Part shown: positions 31,010 to 41,659 of the stretch, in pieces | Numbering within the stretch: the stretch's first letter is position 1 | How the letters are laid out: each line of letters opens with the position of its first letter | From: Caldisphaera sp. | GTDB lineage: Archaea > Thermoproteota > Thermoprotei_A > Sulfolobales > Acidilobaceae | Assembly: GCA_049971805.1 (NCBI GenBank) | Contig: JBMFKU010000009.1 | Coordinates: forward strand, 1 to 54,166 | Length of the DNA: 54,166 nt | Reading direction: 5' to 3' | Position numbers and translations under genes: made by a program | Notes under the pieces: generated by a model | The model's database searches: none | What the model saw: only the letters and a program-made list of their open reading frames with translations | Told to the model about the DNA's origin: nothing

Positions 31010-31615
31010 TCACATGCCTACGAGCGAAGCTCTTATAATGCTTATAGCAAACCCTGCTAGTATTAGGCTCATAAATTTATCTATGAGTAGGGCTCCATGC
31101 TCACCTAACAATTTCATTATATATTGCCCAGCATATAAAATTAAGTAAGCTAATATTATGTTAACAAAGATGCTTATTAATGCTATTGGATAGCCATAAG
31201 CATATCTTATATATAAAACGGTTGAAATGCTTCCCGGGCCTGCTAATAAAGGAGTAGCTAAAGGTACTATTGCTTCTTTTTCTATATTCTCTGGATTGTT
31301 TTTTGGAGCACCTATTTCAATATCAAATAGGCTGGCTATGGCGTAAACAAGTAAAATTAATCCGGCTGCCAACCTAAAATCATTAAATGTAACACCTAAG
31401 ATACGAAACACGTATTCGCCTATTATAACAAATGCTAATAGCATGAAAACTGCTGCAATTATGAGAGTTCTTAAAAATTTAGGTCTTTTATCCTTTGGCA
31501 ATAAATTAGCTGTTGGTATATAAAAAGGGATAACAGTAAATGGATCTAATACTACAAAAAGCATTATAACTGAATCTATTAACGGCTTAAGTGAAAATAA
31601 TGACAAAATATACAC
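31010..31615 (-). CDS. MarC family membrane protein
   Basis: LFVVLDP, F.LAAGLIL, AIVPLATPLLAGPGSI motifs. Confidence 0.92.
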   Translation of the reverse strand: MYILSLFSLKPLIDSVIMLFVVLDPFTVIPFYIPTANLLPKDKRPKFLRTLIIAAVFMLLAFVIIGEYVFRILGVTFNDFRLAAGLILLVYAIASLFDIEIGAPKNNPENIEKEAIVPLATPLLAGPGSISTVLYIRYAYGYPIALISIFVNIILAYLILYAGQYIMKLLGEHGALLIDKFMSLILAGFAISIIRASLVGM

Positions 31616-31621
31616 CGCTAG

Positions 31622-32068
31622 TTAAATTTCTTCATCGCCTTTTTCTTCTTCAATGCCTTCTGGCCCTGTTTTTTCCGTTGTTATCTCTGTTGCTTCTTTT
31701 TCCAATTCTATTTTTATATCATCGTTTATATAAGGCGCTATTAAATAAATCTTGTGCTCAACGTAGTTATCTTCACTTATCATCATGTTTTCAAAGCTTA
31801 TAGTATAAATGGGAAACCTTGCAATGGCCTTGTCTGATGTTCTACTCAATGAACCAATATTTCTCATAATATCTACCAATTCAGGCTTTAATGGCAAGGG
31901 AAAGTCAACTTCTCTTTCATCCTTTAAAACAATAAAATCGCTAAGTTCTGGATTCCATTCTTTCATTGCATCTTCACTCTTGTTTTTGACTATTTTTGCT
32001 ATTTCGCCGTCTTTAATTTCACTTGATATTATGCTTCCTTTTTCAGCTCTTATTATTAGTACCTTCAT
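31622..32068 (-). CDS. Conserved crenarchaeal protein (DUF2286-like)
   Basis: EW.P..SDFIVL.D, P.Y.ISF.N pattern; acidic C-terminus. Confidence 0.7.
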   Translation of the reverse strand: MKVLIIRAEKGSIISSEIKDGEIAKIVKNKSEDAMKEWNPELSDFIVLKDEREVDFPLPLKPELVDIMRNIGSLSRTSDKAIARFPIYTISFENMMISEDNYVEHKIYLIAPYINDDIKIELEKEATEITTEKTGPEGIEEEKGDEEI

Positions 32069-32542
32069 TGCTTTTCATCTCTTCAAAGATTAAATTAATT
32101 CTTCTAGCTTATATGCTTTTTTAAAAAATAAGATTTCATATTTTAAAGAATTATATAAAAAGGTGATTCGACTATTGCTGGTCTGAAGAGAGAGGCTTGT
32201 TTTTACTTTATCATATGGTTAATCGTTATTAACAGAGCTTTTAGCATTATTTATGTCTTTATATTTAGGCATGCTTGTTAATACTGCTAAAGAATTTTTA
32301 TCTCATGCGCATCATAGATATATTTTCCATATTCATGCTTACATTTCAGTCACTATTGCACTTCATTTGAACTTCTTTTTATAAACCTTTTTAATCTTTA
32401 TTATGAATTAAAGTTTCTAAAGCTTTCTATAATGGATATCATTCCTGCAATAAAGAGCTAAGTTTTCCTTTTTTCAAATCCATGTCTATATAAAAATAAA
32501 TTTATATTTTTTATAATATTAACTCTTTTGGGGAAAATAATA

Positions 32543-33376
32543 ATGAACGATAATGCAAAAGGATATCTATATATAATGGCAGTGATATTTATATGGGGGT
32601 CTTCCTATTCAGTAACAAAAATATTAGAAAAATTCATTTCTCCAATTTATATATCAGCTTTAAGAGCCTTGGTCGGGGGAATAGTATTATTAATAATATT
32701 TAGGAAAATAATTTATGGGGTTAAGGAAACTATAGCTGGTTTATTAAATATGGCATTCTTTTTAATATTTTTAAACTTAGGGATAATGTATTCAAAGAAT
32801 CCATCATTATCTGCAGTTTTAGTTTATACTCAACCAATATTTGTTGTTATATTAAGCAAATTTTATTTAAAATCAAGAATAACTTTATTGCAATATATTG
32901 GAATTATAACAGGTTTTTTTGGAATCCTTTTAACAGCTATTTCAACAATTGGATTTAGCATAGGTCTTATATTTTCTCTTCTAAGTGGATTTTCGTGGGC
33001 CATCGGGACAGTATATTTTGTAAGGCATTTGGCAAATAAGGATATAATTGCTTTAAATTCATATATGTCATTAATTTCATTTCCAGTAATAATATCGTTT
33101 CTTCCCCTTAGCCATTATTTTGAAATAAACGTATCATCAATAATTATTTTAATATATACAACATTAATAATCCAGATATTGGCATGGCTTTTATGGTTTT
33201 ATGCTGTTAAATATATAGGCCCTGTAAGGAGTAGTAGTCTTGTTATGCTAACTCCCATATCATCGTTTATATTTACTATAGCTTTAATGCATGTATTTCC
33301 AAATTATTTGCAGTTAGCTGGCTCCATTTTTGCTATCATAGGATCTCTAATTGCTCAGATAGGAAGAAAAACATAA
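32543..33376 (+). CDS. EamA/DMT family transporter
   Basis: About ten hydrophobic segments; IWGSS, R, YTQP and G repeat pattern. Start is ATG 32543 or TTG 32528. Confidence 0.88.
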   Translation: MNDNAKGYLYIMAVIFIWGSSYSVTKILEKFISPIYISALRALVGGIVLLIIFRKIIYGVKETIAGLLNMAFFLIFLNLGIMYSKNPSLSAVLVYTQPIFVVILSKFYLKSRITLLQYIGIITGFFGILLTAISTIGFSIGLIFSLLSGFSWAIGTVYFVRHLANKDIIALNSYMSLISFPVIISFLPLSHYFEINVSSIIILIYTTLIIQILAWLLWFYAVKYIGPVRSSSLVMLTPISSFIFTIALMHVFPNYLQLAGSIFAIIGSLIAQIGRKT

Positions 33377-33378
33377 AT

Positions 33379-33849
33379 CTATAATGGGCCTGCGTTTTCA
33401 TATCCTTGCCTAATACCTTGGCCGGCCTTTTTTGTTAAAGCCTCACCACCTTCTTTTAATAATATGGCTAAGTTTTCCGCATGCGCCTTAGTCCTTTCTA
33501 TTGCAATTTTTTTAAGTTCCTTTGGATCATCACTTTCATCTTCATGAATTGTAACATCGATTATAATTTTTCCAGTTAATATAGATAACATAACTAATCC
33601 TACAGATAAAGCAATATAGCTATACTTGTCCACCTGTTTCGACCCAACCCAACCTAATGTGATTATACCATCACAGCCGCTATCAATTAATCTTTTAGCT
33701 TCGCCTGGTAGATCCTTTATTCCTGGAACCGTATGTCTAATTATTGTATATTCTGGCAAAAGGTCTTTTAATACATTTAATGCTATTGTACCCATATCTA
33801 CTCTTGAAAATGTAGTGTCAACTATTCCAACACATTTTCTCTCTTTCAC
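33379..33849 (-). CDS. ribC: Archaeal riboflavin synthase
   Basis: GIVDTTFSRVDMG, TVPGIKDLP, HEDE, G.GIRQG motifs. Confidence 0.94.
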   Translation of the reverse strand: MKERKCVGIVDTTFSRVDMGTIALNVLKDLLPEYTIIRHTVPGIKDLPGEAKRLIDSGCDGIITLGWVGSKQVDKYSYIALSVGLVMLSILTGKIIIDVTIHEDESDDPKELKKIAIERTKAHAENLAILLKEGGEALTKKAGQGIRQGYENAGPL

Positions 33850-34504
33850 AGGCTTCTATCACCTCTTTTCCGCTAATTAAAACATAACCCATTTTGCTCG
33901 CATATTTCCTAGCATTTTCTAAACTTAATGAAGTTCCAAAATCAAGCATTTCTGCAAATGCTGTTGCAGGCTCCATTCCTGCAAGCAAGGATAAAGAAAT
34001 GCTCAATTCCGTATGTCCTTTTCTTTCTTTTAAATTTCTTGCAGCAAGTAATGGCACATGACCAGGAGCTTGAAATTCCTCGATAAATTTTTTGATTGCA
34101 TCGTTTACATTTCCATTAGCATGAAGTTTAACTACCTTGTATAGTTCTTGCATGGTTAATGCTCTATCATTATCGCTAATACCTGTTCTAACATTTATGT
34201 GATTAACCCATATAGTAAAAGCTGGCCTATCTTTATAAAATAATAATTTTTCAGTTAATGGTTTTAAATTTGGAATCTTTGCTATTAGTTCATCACCCCA
34301 GATTAGGCCAAGATCTCTAGCTATATTCCATGTTGTTGCAAAGCAAACTAATCCACCGGCTTCTTTTCTTAATTTATAAATAGAATCAGACCTTATTCTT
34401 GATGCATGAAAAACCATATCAATCTCGCTTTCTCTCGATGAGGAATCATAAAGTAATACTGGAAGTCCTTGCTTCAGGCTTTCTATTGCATTATCTATTG
34501 ACAT
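33818..34504 (-). CDS. ribB: 3,4-dihydroxy-2-butanone-4-phosphate synthase
   Basis: YD..SRE.E.D, AGGLVC, TGISDNDRA.T, F.APGHV, R.GHTE, EML motifs. Confidence 0.93.
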   Translation of the reverse strand: MSIDNAIESLKQGLPVLLYDSSSRESEIDMVFHASRIRSDSIYKLRKEAGGLVCFATTWNIARDLGLIWGDELIAKIPNLKPLTEKLLFYKDRPAFTIWVNHINVRTGISDNDRALTMQELYKVVKLHANGNVNDAIKKFIEEFQAPGHVPLLAARNLKERKGHTELSISLSLLAGMEPATAFAEMLDFGTSLSLENARKYASKMGYVLISGKEVIEACEREKMCWNS

Positions 34505-35240
34505 ATTTTGCCACCAGCGCAGTTGCCAGAGTCAATACAGATAGAATAAGGAAAGTATAATATATTATGTTATAATTGTGTTTATTACTTTTATTAATTA
34601 TAAAGTTATTAGTTGAACTGTTTAATATTATTATGTTGGTCTCATTACTGATTGATGATGTGCTATTTGGTATGATTCCGAATGTAATAAAGATGAATCT
34701 ATTGTTACCTTCGTATTGAAAAGAAGTCCAAGATGTTTGAGAAAAAGATAGAATATTGTTCAATGAATTTAACATGTTTATTTCAATTGTTGATTTATTC
34801 TCTAACATAAATATATGCGATGTTTCATTGATACCAGGTATATTGCTAACTGTGTAATTATTAACAATTACATTTCTTAGACATAAATTTGTTAAATTCG
34901 TGATAATATATAATTTAGCTAGTTCTCCACCATCATCATTGTAATAGCTTATATTAATAATTTTTATAAAAATGTTAGGAGATGACATTATTAACAATAT
35001 AGAATTATTGTATATATAATATATCACATATAATTTGTTTGAAGTTAAATTGATATTAATTTCATCTATACCATTAGCTAATAATGTAAATTTTTTGTTG
35101 CTTATAACATAAAAGGTTTTGTTGCTTAAATTTATTGATTCTGATGCGCTTTGTAGGTTTAATGAAAAACTATAGGAATATGTTATGTAATCTAGGCTTA
35201 AAGCTAAAATTATCATCATTATTATAGCTAATTTTTTCAT
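34491..35240 (-). CDS. Putative membrane-anchored secreted Asn-rich protein
   Basis: N-terminal MKK plus hydrophobic signal, C-terminal transmembrane helix with basic tail, many N-x-S/T sequons. Confidence 0.7.
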   Translation of the reverse strand: MKKLAIIMMIILALSLDYITYSYSFSLNLQSASESINLSNKTFYVISNKKFTLLANGIDEININLTSNKLYVIYYIYNNSILLIMSSPNIFIKIINISYYNDDGGELAKLYIITNLTNLCLRNVIVNNYTVSNIPGINETSHIFMLENKSTIEINMLNSLNNILSFSQTSWTSFQYEGNNRFIFITFGIIPNSTSSISNETNIIILNSSTNNFIINKSNKHNYNIIYYTFLILSVLTLATALVAKYVNR

Positions 35241-35258
35241 TTTGGCTTACCGTTTTGC

Positions 35259-35861
35259 TTACGTTATTATAGAATAAACCATTGATGCTATAACTCTGGT
35301 TAAAAATGATTCTATAACGGCTGCAACTGCTAGGAGTATTATTGATAAAATTAGTAAACCAAAAGAACTTTTATACATTTTTAACGGTCCTTTGTTTACC
35401 ATAAGTATAAAAGTTGATGCTACCAATGTTACTGAAGGTATTTCTATTGCTCCATGAGGGACTAATAAATAAAACATAACTAGGGAAGGCTCTGTGGGTT
35501 GGGTTTGGAGTGCCAATGGTAAAACAAACCCAACCAAGCCTCCATTAAAGGCCACAATCAGTATTGGTATAATAATAGTTAGTGATGATAACCATGTTAT
35601 TATTGCAGTTTTTATATTATTACCAAATATAACAAATGGTAACAAGTAAATGCTGTTCCCTCCTTCAAAGTTTTGTTCTATTTGCTTTATTTGCGATGAT
35701 TGGCTTTGCAAATACTGGCCAATAAAAGAATTCATTATGTAGTTATAGCTTAAAACTATTGCAACCCCTGCAATACCAAAAATTATTATCATTAATATCC
35801 AGGTTTTTCTTAAGTTTTTTTCTTCTATTAATGTATCTATCGCATCTCCTAAAATATCCAT
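35259..35861 (-). CDS. SpoIIM/DUF95 family membrane protein
   Basis: IF.NN, NG..VG, LLVPHG.IEIP, AA.IES motifs. Confidence 0.88.
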   Translation of the reverse strand: MDILGDAIDTLIEEKNLRKTWILMIIIFGIAGVAIVLSYNYIMNSFIGQYLQSQSSQIKQIEQNFEGGNSIYLLPFVIFGNNIKTAIITWLSSLTIIIPILIVAFNGGLVGFVLPLALQTQPTEPSLVMFYLLVPHGAIEIPSVTLVASTFILMVNKGPLKMYKSSFGLLILSIILLAVAAVIESFLTRVIASMVYSIIT

Positions 35862-36095
35862 TATCGCTTCACCTTTTGAATTACTTAATAGCTGTTTTTA
35901 TAGTTTCTGATCCAGCATTAATATAATTATTTTCTCTCAATTTTTAATTATATTAATATAATTTTACATTTTAATATTTTAAAGCTTAATAGGTTTTTGA
36001 TTTTAAAAATATAAGCTTATACCGCTAAAGTATATTTATTTTGCTGTCAATATATTATATATGAATATAAAGGAAATATATCAAGGGTGTAAAAA

Positions 36096-36860
36096 TTGGA
36101 ATTGGATGGCAAAGATTTGAAAAAAAGGAAATCAATACTTATGGATTTATGGAATGAATTAATAACAATATGGGAAAGCAATCCACAAAAGATATCTAGA
36201 GAATATGTCATAGAAAGGCTAAAAGGTGAATATAGCAAAGAAGGAATTTCACCAATAAGGGGCGCATCGGAACCAAAGGATCTATTTGATAAAGAATTGA
36301 CAAGCTTATATATATTAGGAAAGTATGGAATGGGATTAGAGGTTCAATATCCTGAATTCTTTGATAAGGTCTTTTCAATAGAAGTCAAAATGGATCAAGT
36401 AAATGATTTATTATTATCTGATAATACAGATGGTTTAAGAGATAAGGTCAGTGCTATAATAGGTAATGTTGATGGAAATTCTATAGCTAGGATTCTAAGA
36501 ATACCTTTAACAAAGATATATTTTGGTTTTTCTAATGAGAGTACTATTAAAAGAGTAGCGGATTCATTAAAGAAAATGTTTCCAGAGCAGGCTAAAGAAG
36601 TGAATAAATATATTAAATTCTATGCAGCTTTTAAAATAGCCAATGATATAGATATTGGAAAGATAAAAAACAGAATAACTAAAGAGGCATTCAAACAGGC
36701 ATTGGCATTAGAATTGAATATTGATAGAAAGTCTCTTCCTAGTGATAAATACATAATGAAAATAGCCAGTGATGTATTTAAAGTTTCAAATAAAAACTTA
36801 AAAAATGTATTTAGCTTTAATAATAAGAAAATCCAAAAAGAAAAACAAATAAAAAAATAG
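36096..36860 (+). CDS. Conserved crenarchaeal protein (DUF2192-like)
   Basis: I.PIRG...P.DL.DKEL.SLY.LGKYGMG and KEA.KQALA patterns. Confidence 0.72.
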   Translation: MELDGKDLKKRKSILMDLWNELITIWESNPQKISREYVIERLKGEYSKEGISPIRGASEPKDLFDKELTSLYILGKYGMGLEVQYPEFFDKVFSIEVKMDQVNDLLLSDNTDGLRDKVSAIIGNVDGNSIARILRIPLTKIYFGFSNESTIKRVADSLKKMFPEQAKEVNKYIKFYAAFKIANDIDIGKIKNRITKEAFKQALALELNIDRKSLPSDKYIMKIASDVFKVSNKNLKNVFSFNNKKIQKEKQIKK

Positions 36861-36862
36861 TT

Positions 36863-38062
36863 TTATACTTTTATTCCAAAGGCCTGTCTTATTAATTCTC
36901 TAGCAATAGTAAGCCTTTGTACTTCATTTGTACCCTCGTATATTGTTGTTATAATTGAGTCTCTTAGATATCTCTCTAGACCCATTTCTTGGTCAACACC
37001 GTATCCTCCATGTATTTGAACTGCTTGTCTGGATATCCATTCAGCTGCTTCAGACGCAAATGATTTTGCCAAACTAGCTGCAATAATGAATTCGCTTCTT
37101 TTTGCATCGGCCAAACTAGCCGCCCAATATGTTAAAAGCCTTGCCCCTTCAAGCTTTATGTACATGTCTGCAATTTTTTCTGTTATCATTTCAAAGTTTA
37201 TTATTTGTTGACCAAATAGTTCTCTTTGTAAAGAATAGCTCAAAGCCTTTTCAAAAGCAGCTTGGGCAATACCAATCGATTGAGCCGCTATTCCTATTCT
37301 TGTAAAATCGTATGTAGAAACAATTACTTTAAATCCTTCATTTTCTTTTCCAATAACGTTTTCTGCTGGCACCTTTACATTGTCAAGTATAACCTCATAG
37401 GGCTGTTCTCCTCTCATACCCAATACCTTAAAATGTTGCCCTAGTTTTACTCCGGGCCAGTCGCTTTCAACAACAAAAGCAGTAATTCCCCACCATCTTT
37501 TGTTTTGCTGTGGTTCATTTGTTCTTGCCGATACAATGAAATACTTAGCCTTTTCAGCTCCGCTTATAAAGACCTTTCTTCCACTTATTACATAATGATC
37601 ATTTTCTTTTATAGCCTTTGATTGGGTACCTGCAACGTCGCTTCCTCCGCTTGGTTCTGTATTAGCATGAGCACCTTGCACTTCTCCTTTTGCAATTGGT
37701 GTTACATATTTCTTTTTTAAATTTTCGCTACCAAATTGCAGTATTGGAACGACAAACAAATGATTAACTCCAACCGCAACAGCTAGACTAGGTACAACTC
37801 TTGATATTTCTTCCATCAATATTGTTGTCATTAATTGGCCTCCACCTTGTCCACCGTATTCCTCAGGAATTCCTATTCCAAAGAAGCCTTGCTCGGCCAT
37901 TGCATTAAAAATTTCCTTCGGAATTTGATTTGTGTCTTCAATTTCTTTCCATCTAGGTTCAACATTTTTTTCCAGAAATTCTCTAACAGATTTTCTAAAT
38001 AATTCGTGCTCCGAATTTAATTCTATTTTGAAGTCTTCGATACTTTTAAATGGAAATACCAT
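36863..38062 (-). CDS. Acyl-CoA dehydrogenase
   Basis: PEEYGG, TEPSGGSDV, GRKVFISG, AVQIHGGYG, ERYLRD, IYEGTNEVQR motifs. Confidence 0.96.
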   Translation of the reverse strand: MVFPFKSIEDFKIELNSEHELFRKSVREFLEKNVEPRWKEIEDTNQIPKEIFNAMAEQGFFGIGIPEEYGGQGGGQLMTTILMEEISRVVPSLAVAVGVNHLFVVPILQFGSENLKKKYVTPIAKGEVQGAHANTEPSGGSDVAGTQSKAIKENDHYVISGRKVFISGAEKAKYFIVSARTNEPQQNKRWWGITAFVVESDWPGVKLGQHFKVLGMRGEQPYEVILDNVKVPAENVIGKENEGFKVIVSTYDFTRIGIAAQSIGIAQAAFEKALSYSLQRELFGQQIINFEMITEKIADMYIKLEGARLLTYWAASLADAKRSEFIIAASLAKSFASEAAEWISRQAVQIHGGYGVDQEMGLERYLRDSIITTIYEGTNEVQRLTIARELIRQAFGIKV

Positions 38063-38306
38063 ACCTATCGCCTTCTCAGTTCATATTATTAGTTTATTTA
38101 GAGTTTTATATCTTCTTAGCCATTGCTTATTCATTACAAACTTTAATGAATTATTAAAAAATATTATTAATAGAGGGATATAAGTAAAGAATATTAAAAA
38201 TTTCTTGTATAGCTTTATAGGAAAAAATTTATAAACTTTTATATCATATGCAATTAAAAAAACTTATAAATGGTGAAAAATAATAAAGATAAGGTGTATA
38301 CAAAAG

Positions 38307-40094
38307 ATGCGGGATGATAGTGGAAAAGGAGGAGTTAAGTTAAGAAGATTCCTCGGTTTAACTGATATTTTTATGCTTTCTTTAACAGGTATGATAGGTT
38401 CTGCATGGCTTTTCTCTGCTCTGGGTATTTTACCATATGCAGGACCTGCAGCCATTTTGACATGGATAATAGCTGGTATTTTATTTGTGTTTATGGTATT
38501 TGGCTTTGGAGAATTAGGGGGCGTATTTCCATTTTCTGGATCTTTGGCCAGATATAACCACTATACTCACGGAATTTTTAGCAATTATTTATTATCATAG
38601 GCTTACTTTTTAGGTGCAGTAACAACAGTTTCTGTAGAAGCAATAGCAATAGTAACCTATGCCAGCGCTTATATACCAAGAATATATAATTCTACAACTA
38701 AACTATTAACTCCATTAGGTGTTTTATTTGCTGTGGGCCTTGTTGCATTGTTCGTTGTAATTCAATTGGTTGGCATAAATGTTTATGGATGGTTTAATAG
38801 AATTATAACTGCATGGAAGTTTATTATACCCTTGTTGACTGTTATTTTGCTAATATTAATGTATTTTCATCCATCAAACATAGTGAAAATGCCAGGTGGG
38901 TTTACTCCATATGGTACAGCAGCGATATTTGCTGCAATGGTCCCAAGCGGAGTTGTATTTGCATACGAAGGTTTTAGACAAGGGCTTGAGTATGCAGGAG
39001 AAACTAAAAACCCACAAAGAGATGTACCTTTAGGAACAATATTAGCAATTATTGTTGTAATATTAATATATGTTTTATTGCAGATAGCTTTCATAGGAGG
39101 TATAAACTGGAAGGCAGCAGATGTAAGTGTAGGAAATTGGTCAGCCTTAGCAAGTTCTAGTTGGTCAGGGCATCCATTTTATAGCGAATTGCTAGCCACT
39201 GGTATACCAATACTTATTGGCTTCGGCATTATATTGCTAATAGATGCAGCAATATCCCCTGCTGGTACATTAGCAGTTTATGTGGGTTCTTCAGCAAGAA
39301 ATATTTATGGAATGGCAAGAGTAGAATATATACCAAAGTTTTTGTCAGGTCTGCACAAAAGATTTAGAACTCCATGGATAGCTATTCTATTAACATTTGT
39401 ATTAGCTGTAATATTTATGTTGCCTATTCCAAGCTGGTATTTTGTAGTAAGTCTAAGCTCTTTATTAACGGTGTATAATTATTTAACAGTTGGAATAACT
39501 AATCATGCCTTAAAAAATTTGGCTCCAAACATCAAAAGACCATATAAGGTTCCGGCATGGTATATTTTATATCCATTAGGTTTTATCGCTGCCGCTATGT
39601 TAGTTTATTGGTCAGGTTGGACTCTTATTAATACTGTAGTAATAGCTGTTATAGCAGGTCTACCGTTAGTTCTATTTGGGCCATATAAGAAAAAATTGGG
39701 GTTATCTACAAAAGAGGTATCCATATTATCAGTAATATTATGGATAGTGTTAGCAATAGTAGTAGCTGGTTATGAACTTTCTTGGCCCTTGCTCTCTTAT
39801 TTCCCTATTTATTGGGCATTAATATCTCTAATACAGGTTGGAGCTTTATTTTATCTATACCTAAGAAGCCATCATAGAAGTGTAAAAGCAACATGGTGGT
39901 TAATAATATTTAACATCTTGTCCGGTATAATATCTTATTATGGATCTCTCGGTCCTTCTCCATTAATTCATTATCCATACGATTATGTAGTTTTTGCTAT
40001 TATGAGTTTGATAGTTTATTTTATAGGTATTAAAACTGCATATCTAACAAATGATCTGAAAGAGATAATAGAAAAAGGATTGCCTGAAGAGTAA
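38307..40094 (+). pseudogene. APC-family amino acid permease interrupted by one in-frame TAG (38598-38600)
   Basis: ORFs 38307-38600 and 38733-40094 share a frame. The 44 codons between them are open (AYFLGAVTTVSVEAIAIVTYASAY...). Motifs GMIGSAWLFS, ELGG.FP.SG, FAYEGF, AGETKNPQRD. Confidence 0.88.
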
Positions 40095-40751
40095 CTAATA
40101 AATTCTTAATATCTTTATTTTATCAAATATTTTTTTATAAATTTTTAACCATATGTTTTCGAATTGTATTACCAATAAAGATGACCATACAGCCAAAACT
40201 ATTCCAGCCAATAAATCACTAAACCAGTGAACTTGTAAAGTAAGTCTTGTATACATTATAGCTAATGCATATATCCATGATAAATATTTTATATAGTTAT
40301 TTTTTGTGTTATTAAATACATATGTTATATAAAATGCAAATACTGAAACCCTGACAGTATGTCCTGATGGAAAAGAAAAATAGTCTGCATTAATAAGAGC
40401 AGTTAGTAAAGGCCAATGTTGAGAAATTTCATGAGGTCTAGGAATTCCTGTAAATGCCTTTATAAACTCTGTTGCTATCATCGAGATAATTATAGCAACT
40501 ATAAAACTAACTGCATTTTTAGTTACATGTTTTTTTAAAACAGCTTGACTAAAATAAATTATTATCATATATATTAAAAACGCCTCTAAGCTTGCTGTGT
40601 CTGTAAGCATTTTTATGTAAATGTTGTTATCTAGCTTAATTTCGCTTAAAAAATAATTATTTATTGGGTTAAATGATCCAGTTATTTCTAAGATAATAAT
40701 TATAGCTAAAATTATTGTAAACAAAATCAATGATGTTTTAACGTTTTTCAT
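40095..40751 (-). CDS. PAP2-family membrane phosphatase
   Basis: K......RP, SFPSGH, R....VHW.SD motifs. Confidence 0.92.
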   Translation of the reverse strand: MKNVKTSLILFTIILAIIIILEITGSFNPINNYFLSEIKLDNNIYIKMLTDTASLEAFLIYMIIIYFSQAVLKKHVTKNAVSFIVAIIISMIATEFIKAFTGIPRPHEISQHWPLLTALINADYFSFPSGHTVRVSVFAFYITYVFNNTKNNYIKYLSWIYALAIMYTRLTLQVHWFSDLLAGIVLAVWSSLLVIQFENIWLKIYKKIFDKIKILRIY

Positions 40752-40873
40752 ATTTTTTCCCTTTGATCTTTCTCGCTAATGGTGAGGCTTTTATCCTCTT
40801 GTATTTTTTATGTATGCAGTAAAAATATCTTTCCTATAATAATTTTTAAATTTTAATAGAAATAAAAGGCTTT

Positions 40874-41518
40874 TTAAATATTAATTGAGTTCATTTCAGA
40901 ATACCTTAATAACATTTCTGATAGCCTTGTTAACCTATAATAAACATGGTGTGTTCTAGTTTCTTCTTTCGGTTTTGCCTTTCTATGTTTTGCCTTTATT
41001 ATTTTTTCTTTTACGCTAACAATTAGTCCTAGTCTTTCAAGATTTTCTAATAGGTCTATTATTTTGCATGTCTTTTCTTCCAAAACTTTAGCTATTGTAC
41101 CTGCATGCTCATTCTCAGCTTCTCTTAAAAAAATAAGTAATTTTAATGTGTTTTCACAACCTGTAATGGATGTAAAATATGTGTTTAGATCTTTATAGTT
41201 TTTCGTTAGATGCCTTATAATTAGGTTAGTATCCTTAGTAAGCTCATAATATGTATGATGTTTTCTAACTTCTTCAGCTAATTTAAATCTAGCATCACTT
41301 CTTTTTATCGAGCTACCCTGGTACCTTTGTATTAATTTTAGTTTTTCAAGCTTATCTAGTTCATCTGTTATAGGTTCTATTGGCATTTCTAGAATGGATG
41401 CTATCGATTTTGCATAATCAATATTAGCTCTCTTTAAATGAAACAATATATATAGATCTAAAGGGCTTATACCTTTAATCTTCTCTAATTCAATTTTTGG
41501 TTCGTTTCTTTTATCCAT
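40874..41518 (-). CDS. Tandem winged-HTH protein (two DUF2250-like repeats)
   Basis: Two homologous halves, each with an HTH and a HH.YY.LT ending. Confidence 0.75.
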   Translation of the reverse strand: MDKRNEPKIELEKIKGISPLDLYILFHLKRANIDYAKSIASILEMPIEPITDELDKLEKLKLIQRYQGSSIKRSDARFKLAEEVRKHHTYYELTKDTNLIIRHLTKNYKDLNTYFTSITGCENTLKLLIFLREAENEHAGTIAKVLEEKTCKIIDLLENLERLGLIVSVKEKIIKAKHRKAKPKEETRTHHVYYRLTRLSEMLLRYSEMNSINI

Positions 41519-41659
41519 TTTTATTCGAAATAAATATGGTATCCAAATTATATAAATTTGATTAACAAATTATAATTTATTAATTAAAAATTTTTAATAG
41601 CAGTTTTCTTTATCACTCTTTTTTTGCAATTAAATTGATGAGATCTAAGGTGGATAAAG

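Noticed and set aside
32161-32190. Partial C/D-box sRNA-like motif (GGTGATT...CTGA)
   Set aside because: The C box is imperfect and there is no second C'/D pair at the expected spacing.
38601-38700. Possible PYLIS-like recoding hairpin after the in-frame TAG
   Set aside because: No convincing stem-loop by eye, no pyl genes in the window, and the site corresponds to an expected Trp.
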